A DNA stretch of 64,000 bases from Thermoproteota archaeon (GTDB taxonomy: Archaea > Korarchaeota > Korarchaeia > Korarchaeales > Korarchaeaceae). The position numbers and the translations under genes were made by a program. Under the pieces are notes generated by a model. The model did no database searches. It was not told the origin of the DNA and saw only the letters and a list, made by a program, of their open reading frames with translations. Where the stretch lies: positions 62,046-126,045 of the forward strand of contig JAOZFH010000026.1 of the NCBI GenBank assembly GCA_027491415.1, written 5' to 3'. Positions 45,957-55,817 of the stretch are shown here, piece after piece. Every line of letters starts with the position of its first letter. Position 1 is the first letter of the stretch.

Positions 45957-48900
45957 GTGAGCTTCACGAGTCCGGTCTCGGATCAGGAGGCCCTGCCCCA
46001 CAGGCTGGATAGGGTGTTATTCGGACTCCTCTCGCCCAGCGAGATAAGGAAGATCGGGTTCATCGAGATAAGGGAGCCTACCGCCTACGACGAGGGAGGT
46101 CTCCCCGTCCCTGGAGGCGTGCTTGACCCAAGGCTGGGCACCATGAACCCGAGGCAGAGGTGCCCGACCTGCGGGAACTTCCAGAATCAGTGCCCCGGGC
46201 ACTTCGGCAGGATAGAGCTGGCCAGGCCGGTAATCCACGTGGGGTACGTCAAGAAGATCAAGGACCTTCTAAACGCCACCTGCTCCAAGTGCGGGAAGCT
46301 GCTGCTCCCTGAGGAGGAGAGGCAGAAGTTCATCGAAGAGGCCAAGAGGTACTGGGAGGAGCACCCCGAGGAGAAGATCAACGACAGCCTCACGAGGACC
46401 GTCAGGGCGGCGGTGAAGAAATACCTGAGAAATCACAATGTCTGCCCGCACTGCGGGGCGAGGGTCGAGAGCGTCGACCTAGAGGAGGTGCTGAAGTTCA
46501 TCGTCAAGGACCCGGCCCCGAGGAGACTCAGGCCCAACGAGATAAGGGACTGGTTGGAGAAGATACCTGATGAGGACGCGATGGTCCTGGGGTTCAATCC
46601 TGAGAGGGCTAGGCCAGAGTGGGCCGTTCTGACTGTTATCCTAGTTCCGCCCCCCAGCGTACGACCGTCCATATTCCTTCAAACCGGTGAGAGGTCCGAA
46701 GACGACCTGACCCACATGCTGGTGGAGATCCTCAAGGCCAACAAGAAGCTGAGGGACTCAATAAACTCGGGAGCCCCCAACAGCGTCGTTGAGAGCGAGT
46801 GGGATCTCCTGCAGTACTGGGTAGCCGTGTTCTACAGGAACGCCATGGCCGGCCTGCCCGTAGCGATGCAGAGGGGCACCAGGAGACCCCTCAAGTCGCT
46901 GTTCCAGAGGCTGGAGGGCAAGGAGGGGAGGTTCAGGAAGAACCTCGTGGGTAAGAGGGTCGATTTCTCCAGCCGGACCGTCATCTCGCCAGACCCCATG
47001 ATCGGGATCGACGAGGTGGGCGTTCCCGTCGAGATAGCGATGACGCTCACCATACCAGAGTACGTGAACGAGGGCAACATAGAGTGGCTCAAGGAGCTGG
47101 TGATGAGGGGCCCAGACCAGTATCCGGGGGCGAACTACGTCAGGAAGGGCGGAGGCATGCCCATAAGCCTGAAGGTCGTCAAGGCCAGGGGGCTCCTGGA
47201 GGAGATAGCAGAGAGCCTCCAGCCGGGAGACGTGGTGGAGAGGCATCTGATGGACGGCGACTACGTGATATTCAACCGGCAGCCATCCCTGCACAAGCTC
47301 TCCATCATGGGCCACAGGGTGAGGGTGCTCCCCGGCTCCACGTTCAGGCTAAACCCTGGGACATGCCTGCCCTACAACGCGGACTTCGACGGAGACGAGA
47401 TGAACCTTCACGCCCCACAGCTGATGGAGGCCAGAATCGAGGCCAGAGAGCTGATGAGCGTCGTGAAGAACATGCTGTCCCCTAGGACTGGTGGCAGCAT
47501 AGTCGGCGCCAGGCAGGACATGATCACCGCCCTCTACCTCCTGACGAAGAAGGGGACCGTGTTCAACAGGGAGGAGGCATCCAGGCTACTGGCGACCGTC
47601 GGGATAACGGAGCTCCCAGAGCCCGCGATACAGTCTCCGGTCGAGCTTTGGACCGGGAAGCAGCTGATCTCCACGCTCCTACCTCCAGACCTTGAGTATG
47701 AGACGACTGCAAAGCTCTGCAAGGAGAAGGAGCTGTGCCAGTCTCCCGAGAGCCCGATCGAGGGCTACGTGCTCGTGATCAACGGAAAGCTCCTCGCGGG
47801 CGTGTTGGACGAGGGATCCGTGGGCACACTAGTGAAGGGCAGGCAGACGATCATAGACATCCTCATCAGGGACTACGGGGAGGAGAGGGCGGCCGAATTC
47901 CTTAACAAGCTCTTGAGGCTCGCAGCCAAGAGCATACTGCTCTACGGAGTGACGGTCACGCTCAATGAACTCATCCTTCCTCCCGAGGCCAGGGAAGAGC
48001 TTGAGAAGCTATTCAAGAAGGCTGCGGAGGAGGTTGACAGGAAGGTAGCCGAGTTCGAGAAGACCAGGGGCGCCAAGAGGTACATGACCAAGGAGGAACT
48101 CCTCAGAGCCACGCTGGAGGAGCAGATGCTTGAGTTCGACATAGTCAGATCCCTCGACGCCCTCAGGACCCAGGCCACCGAGGCCATAGCAAAGTACGTC
48201 AAGCCGGAGAGCCACGCCATGATAATGGCCAAGACCGGTGCCAGAGGATCCATAGCGAACCTGGCCCAAGTCATGGGGCTCGTCGGCCAGCAGACCGTCA
48301 AGAGCAGGGTCGGCTTCGTGCTCACCAGCGGGAGGCCAAAGAAGGGGTTCAGGGAGAGGGCCCTCTCCTACTTCAAGAGGGGCGACCTTAGGCTCGAGGC
48401 CAGGGGCTTCGTCAAGAACGGCTACATGGTCGGCCTCAACCCGGCGGAGTTCGTGTTCCACGCCATGACCAGCAGGGAGTCCCTGGTGGACAAGGGTCGG
48501 AGGACGGAGGACAGCGGGTACTTCTACAGGAGGGTCGCCAACTCGCTGAAGGACATCTACGTGGAGTACGACGAGACGGTGAGGGACAGCCTGGGCAGGA
48601 TAATCCAGTTCGCCTTCGGCGGAGACGGGATGGATCCCGTCAAGCTGTTCAAGGGCGAGCCCGTGAACCTGAGGAGGGTCGTCGGTGAGATCGTAAAGCC
48701 GGGGAAGAAGAGGGGGGCCTCAAAGAAGAAGCTGGAGGAGATCGTCAAGAAGGCGGAGCTACCCTCACACCTAGCCGACCTGCTGTACGAGGCCAACGCC
48801 AGCGAGAAGGAGGCAAGGGAGGTCGTGAGAGAGGTGAAGAGGAGGCTGGAGGAGGCTAAGGTTGAGGTCTTGACCCCCATTGGAGTAATCAGCGCCCAGA

Positions 48901-49913
48901 GCATAGCGGAGCCAGCGACCCAGATGGTTCTTAGGACCTTCCACGCCCCGGGAGTGCTCGCCATGGACGTCACGCACGGCGTGGAGAGGTTCAAGGAGCT
49001 GGTGTTCTACGTGAGCACCAGCACGCCCACCATGACCGTATACCTAAAGCCCGAATACGCCAAGAGCAAGGAGAAGGCCGAGGAGGTGGCCAAGAGGCTG
49101 AGGGAGATCAGGGTCAAGGACCTCCTCAGGGAGTACAGGATAGACAACCTGGCGTTCAGCCTCGAACTCGTGCTCGACCGCGAGAAGATGCGCGACAGCG
49201 GGGTCGACGACGAAGAGCTCGTCAACTTCCTCAAGAAGGCCGTCAAGGGGATCAAGGGGTCCGTCGAACTTGAGGGCGATGTCATCAGCATATCCATGAT
49301 AGAGGCAGCCGGGAGGGAGAAGCCCTACTTGACACTCAGGCAGTGGACGCAGAGGATTATGGAGAAGAGGATAAGGGGCATTGGGGGCATTGATAGAGTC
49401 TGGGTGGAGGCCACGGAGGAGGGGGAGTTCGTCATCAAGACCAGGGGGTCTAACCTGAAGGAGGTCGTGAAGCTGGACTTCGTCGACCCGACCAGGACGA
49501 TAACCAACGACTGCAAGGAGATATACGAGGTTCTGGGCGTGGAGGCGGCCAGGGCGTGCATACTCAACGAACTCTCCAGAATACTGAGCGAGCAGGGTCT
49601 GGAGGTGGACAGGAGGTACGTGTCGCTGGTCGCCGACGCGATGACCCACACCGGCAAGCCCACTCCCCTGAGCCTGCAGGCCTCCGGAGTTCCCTCTGGG
49701 TTCTTCTCCGAGATGAAGACACCCCTGAGCAAGATGGCGTACGAGTGGGTCTACCATGTCGTCCTCAACACGGCCAGGAGGGGCGAGGACAACCCCATCA
49801 AGGGACCGCTCGACGCCTTAATTATGGGCCAGACCCCACCCGTCGGGACGGGTAGGGTCGAGGTCAGGTGGGACTGGCGGAAGACTGAAGAGCTGCTCAA
49901 GGAGGTGACCTGA
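45957..49913 (+). CDS. rpo1: RNA polymerase subunit Rpo1 (A'+A'' fused)
   Basis: CPGHFG, GKRVDFS, YNADFDGDEMN, trigger loop EPATQMVLRTFH in the same ORF, VGTG C-terminus. Confidence 0.97.
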   Translation: MSFTSPVSDQEALPHRLDRVLFGLLSPSEIRKIGFIEIREPTAYDEGGLPVPGGVLDPRLGTMNPRQRCPTCGNFQNQCPGHFGRIELARPVIHVGYVKKIKDLLNATCSKCGKLLLPEEERQKFIEEAKRYWEEHPEEKINDSLTRTVRAAVKKYLRNHNVCPHCGARVESVDLEEVLKFIVKDPAPRRLRPNEIRDWLEKIPDEDAMVLGFNPERARPEWAVLTVILVPPPSVRPSIFLQTGERSEDDLTHMLVEILKANKKLRDSINSGAPNSVVESEWDLLQYWVAVFYRNAMAGLPVAMQRGTRRPLKSLFQRLEGKEGRFRKNLVGKRVDFSSRTVISPDPMIGIDEVGVPVEIAMTLTIPEYVNEGNIEWLKELVMRGPDQYPGANYVRKGGGMPISLKVVKARGLLEEIAESLQPGDVVERHLMDGDYVIFNRQPSLHKLSIMGHRVRVLPGSTFRLNPGTCLPYNADFDGDEMNLHAPQLMEARIEARELMSVVKNMLSPRTGGSIVGARQDMITALYLLTKKGTVFNREEASRLLATVGITELPEPAIQSPVELWTGKQLISTLLPPDLEYETTAKLCKEKELCQSPESPIEGYVLVINGKLLAGVLDEGSVGTLVKGRQTIIDILIRDYGEERAAEFLNKLLRLAAKSILLYGVTVTLNELILPPEAREELEKLFKKAAEEVDRKVAEFEKTRGAKRYMTKEELLRATLEEQMLEFDIVRSLDALRTQATEAIAKYVKPESHAMIMAKTGARGSIANLAQVMGLVGQQTVKSRVGFVLTSGRPKKGFRERALSYFKRGDLRLEARGFVKNGYMVGLNPAEFVFHAMTSRESLVDKGRRTEDSGYFYRRVANSLKDIYVEYDETVRDSLGRIIQFAFGGDGMDPVKLFKGEPVNLRRVVGEIVKPGKKRGASKKKLEEIVKKAELPSHLADLLYEANASEKEAREVVREVKRRLEEAKVEVLTPIGVISAQSIAEPATQMVLRTFHAPGVLAMDVTHGVERFKELVFYVSTSTPTMTVYLKPEYAKSKEKAEEVAKRLREIRVKDLLREYRIDNLAFSLELVLDREKMRDSGVDDEELVNFLKKAVKGIKGSVELEGDVISISMIEAAGREKPYLTLRQWTQRIMEKRIRGIGGIDRVWVEATEEGEFVIKTRGSNLKEVVKLDFVDPTRTITNDCKEIYEVLGVEAARACILNELSRILSEQGLEVDRRYVSLVADAMTHTGKPTPLSLQASGVPSGFFSEMKTPLSKMAYEWVYHVVLNTARRGEDNPIKGPLDALIMGQTPPVGTGRVEVRWDWRKTEELLKEVT

Positions 49914-49915
49914 TC

Positions 49916-50224
49916 GTGCCGGACCTTGATAAGGAGATCTGGCTGGCGTACTCCACTGGTAGGGTTTTGATAGGGGCCAGAAAAGTCATCAGGCTGCTGA
50001 AGGCGGGGACGGAAAAGCCGAAGCTCGTAGTGCTGGCGAAAAACGCGCCTGAGAGCATAAGGAAGGAGATAGAGTACCTCGCCCAGATGGCGGGCGTTCC
50101 TGTGATCTTCCACGAAGGTGGGAGCCTCAGCCTGGGAAGGGCGATGAGGAAGCCGTTCTTCGTCTCGGCCGCTGCCATAATGGAAGAGGGCGAGTCCTCC
50201 ATCCTTGAGGTGGTCTCCACTTGA
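49916..50224 (+). CDS. rpl30e: 50S ribosomal protein eL30
   Basis: TGRVLIG, KLVVLAKN, LG.A..KPF.VS. Confidence 0.92.
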   Translation: MPDLDKEIWLAYSTGRVLIGARKVIRLLKAGTEKPKLVVLAKNAPESIRKEIEYLAQMAGVPVIFHEGGSLSLGRAMRKPFFVSAAAIMEEGESSILEVVST

Positions 50225-50685
50225 GCGGGAGGGGTCCGGCCCCGGGCAAGGTAGTGCTCACCGAGCAGCAGGTGAGGTACCTCCAGCTCTTTCAGACAAT
50301 GCTCGGGGTGCCGGCCATCGACGTGGTGGAGGATCCAGAGGCAAACAGACTCATCTTCGTGGTGTCCGCGGGAAACCTGGGGGTAGCCGTGGGCAGAGAC
50401 GGATCGAAGCTGAAGGCAATGAGAAGAATGCTCTGGAGAGATCTGAAGAAGGACATTGAGGTCGTGGAGTACAGCGACGATCCGGTGAGGTTCATCAAGA
50501 ACCTCCTGAGCCCGGCGCGCGTCAGCTCGGTCAGGATAGTGAAGAGGGGGAGGGCGAAGGTGGCTATAGTCAAGGTGCCGGAAGAGGACAAGAGCGTGGC
50601 CATTGGATCTGGGGGAAGGAGAATAAAGCGCGCGAGGATACTGGCGAGGCGTTGGATGGGGATAGATAACGTTAAAATAGCCTGA
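50221..50685 (+). CDS. nusA: Archaeal NusA
   Basis: Two KH domains (AVGRDG, IEVVEYSDD, AIGSGG). Confidence 0.92.
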   Translation: MSGRGPAPGKVVLTEQQVRYLQLFQTMLGVPAIDVVEDPEANRLIFVVSAGNLGVAVGRDGSKLKAMRRMLWRDLKKDIEVVEYSDDPVRFIKNLLSPARVSSVRIVKRGRAKVAIVKVPEEDKSVAIGSGGRRIKRARILARRWMGIDNVKIA

Positions 50686-50737
50686 GCGAGACTCCCTGGC
50701 CAAGGAGTGAGAATAAGCGGGCTCAAGAGGGGAGCTG

Positions 50738-51181
50738 ATGATGGGAAAGAAATCTCCGGTCGGGCTGTACGCTGCTAGGACCTTAAGAGAGAAGTACAAG
50801 GAGAAGAGGTGGCACGACTGGAAGTACAGGAGGAGGATCCTCAGGCTCAAGGAGCGGTTCGACCCTCTCGAGGGCGCCCCAATGGCCAGGGGAATCGTGA
50901 TAGAGAAAGTCGGCCTGGAGGCCAGGCAGCCTCACTCCGGGCTCAGGAAGGCCGTCAGGGTCCAGCTGGCGAAGAACGGCATAGTCGTGACCGCCTTCGC
51001 GCCCGGCGACGGCGCCCTGAACGTGATTGACGAGCACGATGAGGTGATCATTGAGGGGATCGGGGGCTCCAGGGGGAGGAGCTACGGCGACATACCGGGA
51101 GTCAGGTACAAGGTCATCAAGGTCAACAACGTCTCCCTCCAAGCGATTCTGACGGGTAAGAAGGAGAAGCCAACGAGGTGA
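50738..51181 (+). CDS. rps12: 30S ribosomal protein uS12
   Basis: [40 protein letters not shown]. Confidence 0.97.
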   Translation: MMGKKSPVGLYAARTLREKYKEKRWHDWKYRRRILRLKERFDPLEGAPMARGIVIEKVGLEARQPHSGLRKAVRVQLAKNGIVVTAFAPGDGALNVIDEHDEVIIEGIGGSRGRSYGDIPGVRYKVIKVNNVSLQAILTGKKEKPTR

Positions 51182-51186
51182 ATTGC

Positions 51187-51837
51187 ATGAGCGAGGAGGA
51201 CAGGGTCGAGGAAGTCGTAGAGGTCGAGGAAGGTCCCCAGATAAAGCTGTTCGGCAGGTGGCCCCTCGACGACGTCGAGGTCGAGAACCCGGCTCTCAAG
51301 GGCGTCATCTCCGTCAAACCAGTCTACCTGCCGCACTCTGGCGGGAGACACGAGCATAAGCCGTTCGGCAAGCTCGAAGTGATGATAGTAGAGAGGCTGG
51401 TCAACAGGTTGATGATGCAGGCGAAGAACGCTGGTGTCAAGAAGGATCACGTGAACAGCAAGAACCAGGGTAAGAAGCTCAAGGCGCTCAGGACCGTCAA
51501 GTACGCGTTTGAGATAATCGAGCTGAGGACTGGGGAGAACCCCGTGAAGGTCCTCTTGAGGGCCATAGAAAACGCCGCCATAAGGGAGGAGGTAACCAGG
51601 ATCATGTACGGTGGAGTGACCTACTTCCACGCGGTCGACACGGCACCGACGAGGATGGTGGACCTCGCTCTGAGGAACATAGCCCAGGGGGCGGCGATAA
51701 GGGCGTTCAGAAGCCCCACATCGCTGGCCGAGGCGCTCGCGGAGGAGATAATAGCGGCCGCCGAGTACGACAGGACCAGGAGCCACGCCATCAGGAGGAA
51801 GGAAGAGGTCGAGAGGATCGCCCTTAGCTCCAGGTGA
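51187..51837 (+). CDS. rps7: 30S ribosomal protein uS7
   Basis: [37 protein letters not shown]. Confidence 0.96.
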   Translation: MSEEDRVEEVVEVEEGPQIKLFGRWPLDDVEVENPALKGVISVKPVYLPHSGGRHEHKPFGKLEVMIVERLVNRLMMQAKNAGVKKDHVNSKNQGKKLKALRTVKYAFEIIELRTGENPVKVLLRAIENAAIREEVTRIMYGGVTYFHAVDTAPTRMVDLALRNIAQGAAIRAFRSPTSLAEALAEEIIAAAEYDRTRSHAIRRKEEVERIALSSR

Positions 51838-51916
51838 GCTGGGGGTAGGAACCTATTTATTCGCGGGGCGCTACCTTCTTTCTTACCGGAGAAGTTAGAG
51901 GAAGCGGTGATATGGA

Positions 51917-52156
51917 ATGCAGAAAGGGCAGCAGTCTCCCCTATCCTACCTTAAGGCTGCTTATGGCGGCGAGATCGTCGTTCGCCTGAAGAACGGAATA
52001 GAGATCGCGGGTAGACTCCGTAGCTTTGACGACATGATGAACCTGGTGCTCGACTCCGCCAAGGAGAGGGATCCCCACAGCAAGGAGGTCAAGAGGAACG
52101 TCGGAACGCTGTTCATAAGGGGAAATAACGTCCTCTTCATCACTGTGGAGGAATAG
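51917..52156 (+). CDS. Sm-like (SmAP/LSm) protein
   Basis: VRLKNG..I.G.L..FD..MNLVL, FIRGNNV. Confidence 0.93.
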   Translation: MQKGQQSPLSYLKAAYGGEIVVRLKNGIEIAGRLRSFDDMMNLVLDSAKERDPHSKEVKRNVGTLFIRGNNVLFITVEE

Positions 52157-52169
52157 CGCTCCAACCTGG

Positions 52170-53465
52170 TCAGCCTAGGCGCAGCAGGCGCCTCCAAGCC
52201 TTGAGCGCCACGTAGCTGTAGAGGATCGGCATCAGGGCGGTGAGGGTAATCGTCATGGCGATTAGCTGAGACACACGATCTTCTCGGGACTTTTCCGCCT
52301 CCTCGAGCGCTGAAGAAGCCTCTAGTAGGACGGCGTCGAGCCTCTCATAGAGATCTGGTAAGTTGGTTGGTTCTGTCCGCCTCATCTCCTGGGTAAGGTT
52401 GATCGCCTCTCTCAGCCTCTCCTCAGCAAGGTCTAGGGGTTGCTCTGGCGCCCCTAAGTCCCTCAGCCGCCTGAGGGTCAGGTTGAGGTCGACCACCCTA
52501 GATTCCGCGGAGGATAGGTACGCCTCCGATATTCTCCCTAAGGCCTCTTGAGTGAGGTTGAACGCCAGGATCGCGATCCTGGCCGCGCTGCCGTTTCCCT
52601 GATACGCCGCGCGGCGGGCCTCGAACAGGAGGTAGTCCGCGGAGGCCAGGAGGTCTGCCGCGCCCGCCTCGAAAACCGGGACCCCCTGCGAGGCGGCCCT
52701 CCCTAAGAGGAGCTGGGCCTGCATTAGGGATTGATTGGCTGCCTCGATGAGTACTATCGCCTCCTCGATATTGACGGCGGGTTTCTCTCGCTCGACAGAT
52801 ATGAGGGTCGAGTTTTCGAAGACGTAGAGTCCCACACGAAGCTTGGCAGCTATCAGGAGATATCTCGCGTTCTCGGGAGCGACTACCGACGTAACCACGC
52901 TGCCAGAAGATTCGGCCAGAGGGGAGGAGTAGGCCTCCGTCTCGTTGACTAGTATGTCGAGCCTTGGAGAGACCTCCTGCGGCAAGTTGAGAACCAGGTA
53001 CGTCACGTTAACCCTTGTCGACCCCCCTGGCGGTAACGTGGCCTCATCCACGTGGAGCGTCAGCCTGCCAACCAGGTCGGGCTCGCTGAGCCTGAGCATC
53101 GTGGGCGACCCGCTGAATATCACGAGTCTCCCGCTGCCCTCCTCCCTCCCCACCAGCTGGGGCAGGGCGTAGTAGATTCCAGGCTCAGCCTCCAACGGGG
53201 GGGTGAAGGTCGTCTCCAAGACGTTTGGCGAGATCTCAACAGGTAGGAGGTTCACCAGACCCCACGGAAGTGACAACCTCAGGCCGGTGATGGTCACCCC
53301 GGGAGGGGTCGCCGTGAGATTTACCCTGACCCTGCAGGGTAGCCCTATGTAGCAGGGGCTTGAGATCGTTGTCTGGAAGGAGACCCCAACCTGCTGCGCG
53401 GCGCCGGCTGACGCCAGCGTTGTCAGTAGCACGAGGAACATCAGCGCCGCGCGAACGCGCTTCAT
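52170..53465 (-). CDS. Secreted beta-domain plus coiled-coil protein with C-terminal TM anchor
   Basis: Signal peptide, beta-rich N-terminal half, helical heptad C-terminal half, terminal TM and basic tail. Confidence 0.6.
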   Translation of the reverse strand: MKRVRAALMFLVLLTTLASAGAAQQVGVSFQTTISSPCYIGLPCRVRVNLTATPPGVTITGLRLSLPWGLVNLLPVEISPNVLETTFTPPLEAEPGIYYALPQLVGREEGSGRLVIFSGSPTMLRLSEPDLVGRLTLHVDEATLPPGGSTRVNVTYLVLNLPQEVSPRLDILVNETEAYSSPLAESSGSVVTSVVAPENARYLLIAAKLRVGLYVFENSTLISVEREKPAVNIEEAIVLIEAANQSLMQAQLLLGRAASQGVPVFEAGAADLLASADYLLFEARRAAYQGNGSAARIAILAFNLTQEALGRISEAYLSSAESRVVDLNLTLRRLRDLGAPEQPLDLAEERLREAINLTQEMRRTEPTNLPDLYERLDAVLLEASSALEEAEKSREDRVSQLIAMTITLTALMPILYSYVALKAWRRLLRLG

Positions 53466-53535
53466 GTCGCCGCTCCTCCCACCGCCGAACCTTTAAAACG
53501 CCGGGCGCGGGCCGCGTAGGCAGGGTCGCCCCCTG

Positions 53536-55587
53536 TTGAGATACCTGCGGACTCCCGTCCTGGGGGTTGACATCAAGGCTGGTTCCCCCAGGGGAAAGGC
53601 AGCACCCAAGTACTCCGCTTGCCTACTGAGAGACAGTGGGGAGCCCGAGTTCTTCGACGGGATCACGCTGGCCGAGATCCTTCGAATAGTCAGACAGATG
53701 TCAAGGGGATACCTCGCGGTCGACAACATATTCGAACTGGCAAAGGACTCCAGATCTCTCAAGAGGCTTGTGGCTTCGATCCCTGAGGATGTCAAGATCA
53801 TCCAAGTAACCGGTCCTCCCGGGGAGGGAGTTCCCCTGCGAAAGCTCGCGCGCGACGCCGGGCTGGAGTACGATGGGAAGCCCGGCTCTCTTGAGAGCGC
53901 CAAACTCATCGCAAAGCTGGCCGCGTTGGGATACGGCTCCGAGGTGGTGGCCTTCAACCCTGAGTACAGGGTCGTGATATCGAAGAACAGGAGCGTGAGG
54001 CAGGGCGGATCAGGGAGCGCCAGGTGGAAGAGGTTCATCGAGGCGGCCATCCTCAGCGAGGCAAATCGCGTGTCCGCCGAGTTCGACAGGGTGGGAATAG
54101 ACTACGACCTCTACGTGGAGAGGGGACCAGGTGGGCTGAAGAGGGCCGAGTTCATCGTCTACGCGCCCAAGGAGAGCATCCTCTCCATCGTGAGGGAGCA
54201 CGAGTGGGGGCCCGTCAAGGTTCAAATAGAGCCCTCCTGGAGGAAGAAGATAGAGTTCACGAGGACCGAACTCAGCAGAAGGCCTAGACCCATAATGGTC
54301 GGGATAGATCCGGGAATGTCCATCGGGATCGCCGTGATGGATCTCTACGGTCGCATACTGGGCCTTGAAACTCTGAGGAGGGCCTCCAGATCAGAGGTTA
54401 TCGAGACTCTGGCGCAGTACGGTAGGCCGGTCCTCATAACGACCGACGTGTCTCCGCCACCGAAAAACGTCGTTAAGATCGCCCAAGCCTTTGGGGCAAG
54501 GTTGGTTGCGTTGAACTAGCACATGAAGATAGAGGACAAGATCAAGATCGTAAGAGAGTTCGAGGAGAGGCAAGGAATCTCGGTGGGATCTTCCCACGAA
54601 AGGGATGCCCTCGCCCCACTGATCAAGGTCTATCAAAGGATGAGAACCCTCTTTGAGAAGGCGGAGGGACACCTTAGAGAGATGGGCGGCAGCCTTGGAC
54701 TCGTTGACAGGACCAGGTTGTATGAACTCCTGACGAGGGGGGCCTCTATAGTGGAGGCGATAGAGGGCTCCAGGATAAGGAGTGAAGGGAAAGACGGTCG
54801 AGAAGAGCAGATTGAGACGCTTAAGGCCAAACAGAGGGAGATCATAGAGCTAAGGAGGATACTTAGGTCCAAGACCGAGAAAATCAGGTCTCTCGAGGAG
54901 GAGCTGGAGTACTACAGGAGGAAGGTCAGAGAGTTGGAGAAAGAGATCACAAAACTCATGGAGGAACTAGATAAGATAAGACATCAGAGGAAGAGAGAGC
55001 TAGAGAGGGACAGACTGGTGTCTCAGCTCAGGGAGAGAATTCGCGAGCTAGAGGCAGACGTTGGGAGGAGGGACGCGATGATAGATTCGCTGAGGGCCGA
55101 GCTCAGATCTCTCAGGAGGGACGTGGCGAGAAGCGACCTGGGGCCAGGCTGGGTGCCTATAAAGGCCGTGGAGAATCTCTCGAGGTCTACACTGGAGGAG
55201 GCGATCGTGAGGGGAGTTCTCTCGGAAGGAGACGTCGTTCTAGTCGGAGACGCCTCCACCGCCGGACCGAGGTCAGTGAGACTTCTCAAAGACGCAGGGG
55301 TATGGGCCATCGTCCACTCCGGCTCACCTCCCCCGCCCGAGGTGCTCTCCATGTTGGAGGAGGGGGGAATCTTTGTGACCAGCACCAACTCGGTGGAGAT
55401 TCGCTGGAAGGGGGCTATCCCGCACGTTCGCGAGGAGTTCCTGCTGCGGGTCGCCGCGAGAAGGAGGCCTCCCAAGCCAGTTAAGGAGGAAAGCGAGGCT
55501 GGAGAGGGAGAGGACGGAGGAGATATCCTTAGCATAGTCTGGGAGTACAGGAGGAGCCTGTTGGATGAGGAGGGCGCGACACATTAA
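53536..55587 (+). CDS. DUF460 (COG2433-like) RNase H-fold/coiled-coil protein; interrupted by in-frame TAG at 54517-54519
   Basis: GVDI, AVDNI.EL, GGSG..RW.R, VGIDPG, TDVSPPP | TAG | HMKIEDK...HERDALA, coiled coil; both ORFs share one frame. Confidence 0.82.
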
Positions 55588-55625
55588 AATATGATGATCC
55601 AGAGAGCTCATCGGGAGGGATGTGA

Positions 55626-55793
55626 ATGCCCAGAGGAACTCACGGTGCGCTCAACAAGGCTGGTAAGGTTCGATCGCTGACTCCGAAGGTGGAGGCCAGG
55701 CCGAGGAGATCCCCTGTGCCCAGGGTCAGAATAAAGTCCCTCTATAGGAAGAGGTACATCCTAGGTAGAAAGCCCGGTCAGAATCCCTTCTGA
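55626..55793 (+). CDS. rps30e: 30S ribosomal protein eS30; not in ORF track
   Basis: MPRGTHGALNKAGKVRSLTPKVE...PRVR...YRKRY. Confidence 0.92.
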   Translation: MPRGTHGALNKAGKVRSLTPKVEARPRRSPVPRVRIKSLYRKRYILGRKPGQNPF

Positions 55794-55817
55794 ATTCGCC
55801 AGGGCCGGGAGGTTCTC

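Noticed and set aside
55591-55680. ATGATGA box-C-like motif upstream of rps30e/nop5 (C/D sRNA)
   Set aside because: No suitably spaced D'/C'/D boxes; it sits in the rps30e promoter region
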